A stretch of 46,116 nucleotides of DNA. It comes from Bacteroidota bacterium (lineage in GTDB: Bacteria > Bacteroidota > Bacteroidia > M30B66). The number at the start of each line of letters is the position of its first letter. Position 1 is the first letter of the stretch. Shown piece by piece: positions 27,700-36,016 of this stretch. Position numbers and translations under genes: made by a program. The stretch covers positions 1 through 46,116 of the forward strand of contig CANHCM010000002.1 of the NCBI GenBank assembly GCA_947459155.1, written 5' to 3'. The notes below the pieces were generated by a model, which worked only from the letters and a program-made list of their open reading frames with translations, ran no database searches and was not told the origin of the DNA.

Positions 27700-28759
27700 A
27701 CTGAAAATTGGAAATACGCTGGTGGGAAAGAATCACCCGGTATTTATTATCGCGGAATTATCTGCCAACCACAATCAACAGCTCGATGTAGCGCTCGAAA
27801 CAGTTAAGGCAGCGAAACGGTGTGGCGCGAATGCCATCAAGTTGCAAACGTACACTCCCGATACTATCACCCTAAATTCCTATCGGCCGGAGTTTAAATT
27901 GACCCAGGGAACCATTTGGGATGGCAAATTCTTGTACGATCTATACAAGGAGGCCTACACGCCCTGGGAATGGCATAAGACTCTTTTTGATGCGGCGATT
28001 TCAGAAGGTTTGGAAGTCTTTTCCTCACCATTTGACCTAAGCGCGGTTGATTTTCTGGAGACACTTAATGCTCCTGCCTACAAAATCGCCTCCTTTGAAA
28101 TTAATGATATACCGTTGATCCGCAAAGTGGCTAAACTGCAAAAGCCAATTATAATTTCCACGGGTATTGCTCGTCCTGAAGACATAGAATTGGCTTTGGA
28201 AACCTGTTTCAGTGAAGGCAACCACCAGGTAGTTTTGCTAAAATGTACCTCTAGTTATCCTGCACCAATAGAAGAAGCCAACATGGTAATGATACCTGAT
28301 TTAACCCAACGATATCAGGTACTGTCTGGTCTATCTGATCATACGCTTGGAATCACAGTGCCTGTTGTCGCAACGACCTTGGGAGCCTGTGTCATTGAGA
28401 AACACTTTATTCTGGATCGCAGCATTGGAGGGCCTGATGCTTCATTCTCATTGGATGAGAAGGAGTTTACTGCTATGGTTAATGCAGTTCGGGAGGCCGA
28501 AAAAGCAATAGGTGTAGTCGATTATTCGCTTTCTCAAAAGCAAATCAATTCACGGGAGCATTCTCGCTCTTTATTTGTCACTGCAAATATTCAGAAGGGT
28601 GAGGAATTTTCAGTGCATAATATAAGATCTGTGCGCCCAGCCAATGGTCTGCATACTAAGTATTTCGATAAGATACTTGGAAAGAAAGCATTAAAGGATT
28701 TAGAATTTGGCGAACCGCTTAGAGAGGAACATATTGAAGGATTTTCAATAAATGAGTAG
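27689..28759 (+). CDS. pseI: Pseudaminic acid synthase (NeuB family, PseI) with a C-terminal SAF domain
   Basis: FIIAELSANHNQ, AIKLQTYTPDTITLNS, YKIASFE, ISTGIA, LKCTSSYPAP, GLSDHTLG, VIEKHF and SVRP..GLH are collinear with Campylobacter PseI (NeuB3) as I recall it. The ATG at 27689 overlaps the HAD 3' end by 11 nt. Confidence 0.9.
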   Translation: MINELKIGNTLVGKNHPVFIIAELSANHNQQLDVALETVKAAKRCGANAIKLQTYTPDTITLNSYRPEFKLTQGTIWDGKFLYDLYKEAYTPWEWHKTLFDAAISEGLEVFSSPFDLSAVDFLETLNAPAYKIASFEINDIPLIRKVAKLQKPIIISTGIARPEDIELALETCFSEGNHQVVLLKCTSSYPAPIEEANMVMIPDLTQRYQVLSGLSDHTLGITVPVVATTLGACVIEKHFILDRSIGGPDASFSLDEKEFTAMVNAVREAEKAIGVVDYSLSQKQINSREHSRSLFVTANIQKGEEFSVHNIRSVRPANGLHTKYFDKILGKKALKDLEFGEPLREEHIEGFSINE

Positions 28760-28854
28760 GTTCAAAATATTTTTTGAAAATTCTACAAATCGCGTTGATA
28801 GTGTTTTACTTGAGCTGAATGTCAGCACATGAGGGAATTTATTGAAAAACGAAG

Positions 28855-30258
28855 ATGAGCAGCAGTCGTATAGGAATTTTTCCGGGGTTTAATACATCTA
28901 CCCACGATCCAATTCACAAAAGAATTATCGAATGGCACGATGCTACACCGTATAATTATCATGAGGCGCTAAGAGCAGTGTCATTGAGTAAGAGGGAGCT
29001 GATTCAGCTTAAGATTGTAAAACTCTATTATTTCCTGAAATTGTTAGTAAAGCGGGATCGAACTGCTGGACTGTATTACAAGAATGTAAATATTCTGCAC
29101 TCAGTTGTAGAGCTTTCTGTCGTTTACACTAAAGATGGTCGGTTCGATAGGTTTTCCAGAAACACATTCAATTGTCTCAATACCGCAATTCAGGTAACAT
29201 ACAATGCTCAACGGTTAGTTCAAGAGAATCGGGTTGCAATTGTAATTGGTGGTGATGAGGCCTTTGTTTATGGCTCCGTTTGGGGGCAGATTGCAGCGCA
29301 GAACAACATTAAGCATTTTCATTTAAAACAAAGAGAAGGTTTTGTATCTGCGTTTCCTTTCGACCTTAAGACGCTTTATGCAGGACCTAAATATTATAAA
29401 TTAGAGAATGATGCCAAAGCAGTGACCAACAATAATCTGCTTGCGGAAATTAGAAATGTAATTGAGCAGGGTAATTATACGTATATGCGGAAAGCGAGTC
29501 ATGACAATGATAAAGACTTGTCATACTTAGATGGCGCCTTTGTATTGTATCTGCATGACTTTTTAGATAGCCCCGGAATATATGGCCAGGTTTTCTTTTT
29601 CGATTTGTGGGAATGGATTGAGATGGCAATTAAAACATCAATAGACCGGAAACAAAAATTGGTCATTAAAATTCATCCAAACGTTTCCGAGAAAAATAAA
29701 CTGGCTATCGCACGTTTGAAAAGAAAGGTAGATAGACATAAAAACGTAATTGTTACAAACGATCACTTTTCACTTTACGCATTTCGAGAGCGAATTAAAG
29801 GCGTGCTCACGATCTTCGGAACGGTTATGGCCGAAGCAAGGCAGTTCAATATTCCTTGTCTTTCAGCTGCGGTTAATCACCCATATTTGTGTGGAAACCT
29901 TGTTCCAAAAATCAATTCGAAAGCAGATTATATTACAAAACTAAATCAGTTTTTTAGTGGCGAGAAATTAATGAATGATTCTCAGGCAAGTGATCCCGCA
30001 TTGACCTATTATTTGGTTAACTACGAGCCATTCTTTAAGAATAGTTTATTTGAAGGTCTGCCATACGACGACATGAGTATGGATTTGTTCAAGAGACTGC
30101 ATCCAACACTCGAGAATGTTGACGGTTATGGAATTCATGAAAGAAGGAGAGTTTTCTTGTATTCTTCTGAAACAAAAGAGTATATCGAAGATTATTTAAG
30201 TGAAAACGAAGAGGCGCTTAAGAAACGTTTAGAACATCTCCTGAATAGTTTTAACTAA
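28855..30258 (+). CDS. Hypothetical GT-B-like protein (Capsule_synth/KpsS- or sialyltransferase-like motifs), candidate nonulosonate transferase
   Basis: 467 aa. It has AFVLYLHDFLDSPGIY (residues about 228-243) and LVIKIHPN (HP at about 274-275). These are followed by VLTIFGTVMAEARQFNIPCL, which resembles the C-terminal half of capsule KpsS/KpsC-type and HP-motif keto-sugar-acid transferases. The function is inferred, not demonstrated. Confidence 0.4.
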   Translation: MSSSRIGIFPGFNTSTHDPIHKRIIEWHDATPYNYHEALRAVSLSKRELIQLKIVKLYYFLKLLVKRDRTAGLYYKNVNILHSVVELSVVYTKDGRFDRFSRNTFNCLNTAIQVTYNAQRLVQENRVAIVIGGDEAFVYGSVWGQIAAQNNIKHFHLKQREGFVSAFPFDLKTLYAGPKYYKLENDAKAVTNNNLLAEIRNVIEQGNYTYMRKASHDNDKDLSYLDGAFVLYLHDFLDSPGIYGQVFFFDLWEWIEMAIKTSIDRKQKLVIKIHPNVSEKNKLAIARLKRKVDRHKNVIVTNDHFSLYAFRERIKGVLTIFGTVMAEARQFNIPCLSAAVNHPYLCGNLVPKINSKADYITKLNQFFSGEKLMNDSQASDPALTYYLVNYEPFFKNSLFEGLPYDDMSMDLFKRLHPTLENVDGYGIHERRRVFLYSSETKEYIEDYLSENEEALKKRLEHLLNSFN

Positions 30259-30278
30259 ATCGATTTAGAGAGAGAAAC

Positions 30279-31148
30279 ATGATTGCATTCAAACCAATGG
30301 GCGGCCTTGGAAATCAAATGTTTCAGTATGCAGTATCATTTGTACAAGGTCAGGATGTTTTCATTGATTTTAGCTTTTTACAAAAAAACAATAAGAGTAA
30401 CGAACATTTTACCGCACGCAAGTTTGAACTCGACTTGTTTCCGAACCTTAATTGGAAGTCCTTTACAACAAGACACAGGTTATTGTATTTGAGCCATTCT
30501 GAGAACAGACTATTGGAAAGAATGAGGTCTTTATTGGGGTTTTATTGTAAGTGGATAGTTCAGCAGGAGAACGAGTTCGTTAATCTCCCCAATCACGCAA
30601 ACCTCTACTTTGTCGGGTATTTTCAATCAGAAAAGTACTTCCATCATAAACGTGCTGAATTAGTAAAGACCTTCGAATTTCCGGAGCTCGATCGCCGCAA
30701 CATACCTTATCTAAATGAAATCATGGCGGTCGAGAATTCGGTTAGCGTGCACATTCGACGCGGCGATTACCTTAAACCAAGTGTATTGGAATACCATGGC
30801 ATTTTGCCGGATGCCTATTATAAAAATGCATTAAATCATATTTCAAGTCAACATCCAGATACGACGCTTTTTGTTTTTTCCGACGACCTGAACTATGCCA
30901 AGAGCCTTTTCGGAGATTCAGGTAAGGTGATTTATATACAGGGTAATGAATCTTCTGCATGGCAAGACATGGCTTTGATGACGAAGTGTAAGCATCATGT
31001 AATTGCCAATAGTAGTTTTAGTTGGTGGGGAGCCTGGTTATCTCAGAAATCAGGAATTACTGTGGCCCCTCAGAACTGGTTTAATCCTCAAAAAGTGAAG
31101 TTCGATATTCATGATTTTATTCCCAAAACCTGGGCAATTATTGCCTAG
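30279..31148 (+). CDS. GT11 alpha-1,2-fucosyltransferase (copy 1)
   Basis: GGLGNQMFQYA, VHIRRGDY and NSSFSWWGAWL are the three GT11 signature motifs. Confidence 0.9.
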   Translation: MIAFKPMGGLGNQMFQYAVSFVQGQDVFIDFSFLQKNNKSNEHFTARKFELDLFPNLNWKSFTTRHRLLYLSHSENRLLERMRSLLGFYCKWIVQQENEFVNLPNHANLYFVGYFQSEKYFHHKRAELVKTFEFPELDRRNIPYLNEIMAVENSVSVHIRRGDYLKPSVLEYHGILPDAYYKNALNHISSQHPDTTLFVFSDDLNYAKSLFGDSGKVIYIQGNESSAWQDMALMTKCKHHVIANSSFSWWGAWLSQKSGITVAPQNWFNPQKVKFDIHDFIPKTWAIIA

Positions 31149-31186
31149 CAACACCAACGTCTCTTTCTCAAAATAAACAATCTTAC

Positions 31187-32011
31187 ATGAACCCGATAGC
31201 TTTCATCAAAACAGCTGTGCTTAAAATTGTACTGAGAATACTTAAAACATCGGTCAACCAGGATGTTTGGGAAGATGTTTTTCGCTTATCGCTCAGTAAA
31301 ATGAATTTCGGTAATGGAAGCGATTTTAAAGATAGTGGAGAACTAAGTGTACTCGGCAGAATTAAAGAATCCTACCGCGCTGGGGAGCAATTAACGGTAT
31401 TTGACATTGGGGCTAATGTGGGTAAATATGCTTGCGAGCTCTCCGATTTCTTTGGATCTCAAGCAACTATTTTTTCGTTCGAGCCTTCTGAGAAAACTTT
31501 CCAGTTGTTTTTAAGTAACACGAAAGGGAAATCGAACATCCTACCCAACAACATGGGAATGGGTAAAGAGCCATCCACCATAACCCTTTACACAAACAAT
31601 GATGGTTCTGGATTGGCCTCCGTATACCAAAGAAAGCTTGACCATTTCGGCCTTTCAATGGATAAGAAGGAGGTTATTAATCTTTCTTCAGTCGACGTTT
31701 TTTGCCAGGAAAAAGGGATCAATCGAATTCATTTTTTAAAGCTCGATATTGAAGGTCACGAGCTCAGCGCTTTACAGGGAGCTTCCACAATGCTTAACAA
31801 TGGAGCTGTTGATTTTATTCAATTTGAATTTGGTGGATGTAACATTGATTCGCGAACCTATTTTCAGGATTTCTTTTACCTCCTTAAAGACAAGTATATC
31901 ATTTATAGAATATTGGAAAATGGATTGTATGAAATAGTCCAATACAAAGAAATTTACGAAGTGTTTATAACGGTGAATTATTTAGCAATTCGTCGAGATT
32001 TGAGGGCATAG
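31187..32011 (+). CDS. FkbM-family methyltransferase
   Basis: VFDIGANVGKY and IHFLKLDIEGHELSAL are typical of FkbM (TIGR01444-like). Confidence 0.85.
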   Translation: MNPIAFIKTAVLKIVLRILKTSVNQDVWEDVFRLSLSKMNFGNGSDFKDSGELSVLGRIKESYRAGEQLTVFDIGANVGKYACELSDFFGSQATIFSFEPSEKTFQLFLSNTKGKSNILPNNMGMGKEPSTITLYTNNDGSGLASVYQRKLDHFGLSMDKKEVINLSSVDVFCQEKGINRIHFLKLDIEGHELSALQGASTMLNNGAVDFIQFEFGGCNIDSRTYFQDFFYLLKDKYIIYRILENGLYEIVQYKEIYEVFITVNYLAIRRDLRA

Positions 32012-32062
32012 CAGAGTTTGAAGCATTTATCCCTTCACATAAACATGAGGTTTTAGGTAATC

Positions 32063-32989
32063 ATGCTGATTTCTGTTATCATTCCAACATACAATAGTGC
32101 TTTGTATATTGAAGATACGCTAAATAGCGTATTCGGCCAAGGTTGGAATGATTTAGAAGTGATTGTTATGGATGATGGCTCAACCGACAACACACTTTCT
32201 TTACTCAGAAGTCTTGCGGAAAAAGAGAGTAGACTCCATGTTTTTCAGCAGCCTAATGGTAAACCAGCTAAAGCCCGTAACAATGCAATTCGAAAGGCTA
32301 AAGGTGAATGGATTGCATTTATCGATTCTGACGATATCTGGTTACCCAGGAAGTTAGATTACCAACTGGCTGAAACAATAAAATATAATGCTGACTTAAG
32401 TTTTACCAATGGTTATGTCTGTTTGAATAACAATATGGAACTGCGTGATCATTTATTTATGGTAGAACAAAGAATATATGAGGGCGAAGAAGGTGTTCAA
32501 TTATTTCATCAGCAAAATCGTATACCGACATCCTCTGTGCTGGTAAAGGCCGAAGTTTTTCGAAATTATGGATACATGCCGGAATATCCGGAATATCCGA
32601 TGTATTGCGAAGATTATTTATTCTGGACTCGGTTGTTAAACAAAGGTTGCAGATTCATAGGGCTCGAGAAACCATTGCTTTTATACAGGGTTCATTCTGA
32701 ATCTACAATTGGAGATGAAATCCGATTGCTCCCTCCATTAATTCAGGTATTGTTCCTACTACCCGGCGTGAGGGCTATTCAATGGAAGCAACATTTAGAG
32801 AAAACTACTCAACGCTATATCGAACTCCTAACAGAACGCAATCAAATGAGTGATTTAGGTCCCTTGGTTTCACCGATTTTGAGGTCTCTATACGCAAGTT
32901 GGAAGGCTACGCTTTTATCTGTTGCCTGGACGATCTCAAATCGCCTGTTTGTTAGTCTATTTTGGAGAATGAGAGAGTATAAATCATAA
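32063..32989 (+). CDS. GT2 glycosyltransferase
   Basis: ISVIIPTYNSALYIEDTLNSV, VMDDGSTDNT and FIDSDD (DxD). Confidence 0.9.
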   Translation: MLISVIIPTYNSALYIEDTLNSVFGQGWNDLEVIVMDDGSTDNTLSLLRSLAEKESRLHVFQQPNGKPAKARNNAIRKAKGEWIAFIDSDDIWLPRKLDYQLAETIKYNADLSFTNGYVCLNNNMELRDHLFMVEQRIYEGEEGVQLFHQQNRIPTSSVLVKAEVFRNYGYMPEYPEYPMYCEDYLFWTRLLNKGCRFIGLEKPLLLYRVHSESTIGDEIRLLPPLIQVLFLLPGVRAIQWKQHLEKTTQRYIELLTERNQMSDLGPLVSPILRSLYASWKATLLSVAWTISNRLFVSLFWRMREYKS

Positions 32990-33286
32990 ACCGAAAATCC
33001 TACGACAACAATTCGCTTTCTCTCAGGAAAGATTATCTGGAATCAGCGTTCGGTCTAAAAAATTGAAGCGGGACCTGTGAAGGAACCCGCTCCAATACCT
33101 AAATCAAACTAACGCTACGCATATCAAACAGGTTGCTCAGTCAATTGTTCTTGCCGATCGATAAAAATCTTTGATGAAGCATGTAAGACGCTGATTATCA
33201 ACCCAAAAAAAATAGTAACCATCCTTGTTGCCGTTGATGGCTATGCTAAACTTCTCCTTCTCACCCTTTTTGAACTGAAACACTTG

Positions 33287-34192
33287 ATGAAGAACATTAT
33301 ACGTAAACTCTTATTGAGCATCCCTTTTGCCGAAAGTTTAATCCTCAAGCCTTTGAGAAACTATCGCTTGAAGAACTATTACATGTCGCTGCTTCCTTTG
33401 GCTGACATGGACGAGAAAACCCGGCAAATGTGGCTCGAGCGGATTAGATTGGTTAAGCTAAGCAGCGATAATGCAAGAATAGATGCAATCGAAGCCGCTG
33501 GTAAGCTCGTTAATGGCCGCTTGGTAATGCATAACGGTCTTCAAATTGACCCTCTAAGCTATTATGGAGCTCCGGTTATGCGGATGCTCATGGAGAATAG
33601 AGCGATTCATGAACCCCAGGAGGAGTATGTATTTCAAGAGGTTCTTAAGCACATTCCACAAGGTGCCACCATGGTCGAGTTAGGCTGCTATTGGGGCTTT
33701 TATTCAATGTGGTTTGCTTCGAAAATTAAGAACCCAACCAATGTACTTATCGACAACTCAGATGGAATTGCCCGGGCCCAAAGTAATTTCAAAATGAACA
33801 ATCTTAAAGGCAATTTTAAGGTTGGATATATCGGTAAGTCAGCGCCTGGTTCTGAAATGGTGTACACTAACGTGGATGACATTTCGGATGAATTTGGAAT
33901 TCAGTTCATTGATATTCTCCATTCGGATATTCAGGGTTATGAATTGGAAATGCTCCAAACAATGCCGAATAAATTAAGTGCCATGTCGATTGGATTTGTG
34001 TTTATTTCAACCCATTCTAACGATTTACACTATTCATGTATCCAGTTTTTAAAGGATTCAGGATTTGTCATTCTTTGTCACGCCGATCTGAATGACTCGT
34101 ATTCAGAGGATGGACTTATTGTAGCCCGAAATCCTAAGTATCCAGGACCAGACCAAATTAAAATTTCCCTTCGAACAGCTGCGGGGCATTAA
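33287..34192 (+). CDS. FkbM-like / class I SAM methyltransferase with an N-terminal extension of about 120 aa
   Basis: MVELGCYWGFYS (degenerate motif I) and FIDILHSDIQGYELEML, similar to the FkbM xDxEGxE motif. I chose the ATG at 33287 (track TTG at 33284). The family call is tentative. Confidence 0.55.
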   Translation: MKNIIRKLLLSIPFAESLILKPLRNYRLKNYYMSLLPLADMDEKTRQMWLERIRLVKLSSDNARIDAIEAAGKLVNGRLVMHNGLQIDPLSYYGAPVMRMLMENRAIHEPQEEYVFQEVLKHIPQGATMVELGCYWGFYSMWFASKIKNPTNVLIDNSDGIARAQSNFKMNNLKGNFKVGYIGKSAPGSEMVYTNVDDISDEFGIQFIDILHSDIQGYELEMLQTMPNKLSAMSIGFVFISTHSNDLHYSCIQFLKDSGFVILCHADLNDSYSEDGLIVARNPKYPGPDQIKISLRTAAGH

Positions 34193-34197
34193 GCGTC

Positions 34198-35115
34198 ATG
34201 ACTCCGGAAGTCTCTATTTGTATTCCAGCTTATCGCGACACTGCACGTCTTACGATATTGCTAAATTCAATTCGTCAACAAGATTTTACGAGTTATGAAG
34301 TTGTCATTACTGATGATAGTCCGGATAACTCTGTAAAAGACTTAGTTGATGCTTATCAGGATTTGAAAATCAAGTATTTCAAAAATGATAGCGCCAAAGG
34401 CTCTCCGGAAAATTGGAATTACTGTATCAGTTTAGCCAGCGCACCACTCGTTAAACTAATGCACCATGATGATTACTTTTATGATTCCTCATCGTTGGGC
34501 AAGTTTATCCAGGCGGCATCCCAAAACCAGGAAATAGATTATTTTTATTCTGGGACATTTATCGTTGATTCTTCTTCTAATTCCGGAGAAGTTTATAAGG
34601 TCGACAGCCGCCTGCTTAACCGCATTTCAGAACAGCCCGCATTTCTATTTCATAAGAATTTGATTGGAGCCCCCACGGTTGGTCTGTTTAGAAAGGAATT
34701 ATCATTTAAATTCGACAGCAAGTTAATTTGGCTTGTCGATATAGAATATTATGTTCGTGTTTTGTTAGCGAAGAAAGTTCTTCATATTTCCGAACCGCTT
34801 GTTACTACTGTTATTTCAGATAGTCAATTAAGCTCAGGTCTTAGAAACACATTTACATTTGAAGTGGGTGAATTTCTCTATTGTTACAATAAATTGTCCG
34901 GCGAATTCAATAGTTTCAACATTCAAATCCTTAATTTTCGATTGTTAATGTTAATTAAGGAGTTTAATATAAATTCTGAAAAACAAATACGCGATAAGGG
35001 AGTTCAGCATGCAATTCCAGGCTGGCTCAAAATTTATTTTCTATTGAGTAAAGTTAATCAGCGATTCGCCTTTGGTTTGTTTTATAGGCTATTTAACTTT
35101 CAACCATTGAATTGA
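34198..35115 (+). CDS. GT2 glycosyltransferase
   Basis: VSICIPAYRDTARLTILLNSI, VVITDDSPDNS and MHHDD (DxD-like). Confidence 0.85.
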   Translation: MTPEVSICIPAYRDTARLTILLNSIRQQDFTSYEVVITDDSPDNSVKDLVDAYQDLKIKYFKNDSAKGSPENWNYCISLASAPLVKLMHHDDYFYDSSSLGKFIQAASQNQEIDYFYSGTFIVDSSSNSGEVYKVDSRLLNRISEQPAFLFHKNLIGAPTVGLFRKELSFKFDSKLIWLVDIEYYVRVLLAKKVLHISEPLVTTVISDSQLSSGLRNTFTFEVGEFLYCYNKLSGEFNSFNIQILNFRLLMLIKEFNINSEKQIRDKGVQHAIPGWLKIYFLLSKVNQRFAFGLFYRLFNFQPLN

Positions 35116-35999
35116 TGGTCATAGTTGAGATACTAAGTGGTCTGGGAAACCAGATGTTTCAATATGCAGCCGGGCTCAGTCTTGCAAATAGACTCAATGT
35201 CCCGCTTCTATTGGATAAGTCTTGGTTCGATGACACCTCTAAGCATCAAACACCTCGAAATTTTGAATTATCCAATTATAACATCAATTTAAATTTTGCA
35301 GATAGTATCTTGATTGACAATGACTTTAGGTTAAAAGGGGGCGGTATAGTTCAACGTATTAGAAATAAGTGGAACAGAACGAAGCCGTTGTATCAACAAA
35401 AGATTTATCAGGAAGCACATTTCCACTATGATAGTAACTTTGAAAGACTAAGTAGCCCTGTTATGATTTCAGGATATTGGCAATCAGAACGTTACTTTTT
35501 ACCAGTGGAAGATTTGGTTCGTAAAGCCTTTACATTAGATGTTCCAAGTCATCTTAAACATTGGGTTAACTCAATGCAGAAAGGGGTTTCTGTGAGTATG
35601 CATATTCGCAGAGGAGATATGATAAACAACCCTGAGGTAAATCGTGTTCACGGTCATTGTAATCTTGAATATTATCTTAGAGCAATAGCCTATATTCAAA
35701 GTAGGTACACTGATGTGAAGTACTTCATTTTCTCGGATGATTTGGAATGGTGCAAGGCAAACTTACCTTCTGAACTTGATCTGGTATTTGTTGAAGGCAA
35801 TTCGGGAGATCAGGCTTACTGGGATATTCAACTGATGCGGAATTGTCATCACCATATTATTGCAAATAGCAGTTTTAGCTGGTGGGGTGCATGGCTTAAT
35901 TCCAGTCAGGGAAAAACAGTTATTGCTCCGGTAAAATGGTTTGCTCAAAGTTCGCATCAAACCGACGATTTAATACCTTCATCCTGGATTCGTTTGTAA
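35115..35999 (+). CDS. GT11 alpha-1,2-fucosyltransferase (copy 2)
   Basis: SGLGNQMFQYAAG, MHIRRGD and NSSFSWWGAWL. The ATG at 35115 overlaps the preceding stop. Confidence 0.9.
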   Translation: MVIVEILSGLGNQMFQYAAGLSLANRLNVPLLLDKSWFDDTSKHQTPRNFELSNYNINLNFADSILIDNDFRLKGGGIVQRIRNKWNRTKPLYQQKIYQEAHFHYDSNFERLSSPVMISGYWQSERYFLPVEDLVRKAFTLDVPSHLKHWVNSMQKGVSVSMHIRRGDMINNPEVNRVHGHCNLEYYLRAIAYIQSRYTDVKYFIFSDDLEWCKANLPSELDLVFVEGNSGDQAYWDIQLMRNCHHHIIANSSFSWWGAWLNSSQGKTVIAPVKWFAQSSHQTDDLIPSSWIRL

Positions 36000-36016
36000 C
36001 TAAAACTTAAAATCAA

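Noticed and set aside
33137-33283. 48-codon minus-strand frame in the gap as a real small gene
   Set aside because: It has only a GTG start, no promoter box that I can see and no recognisable family. I kept it as a note within the gap finding, not as a feature.
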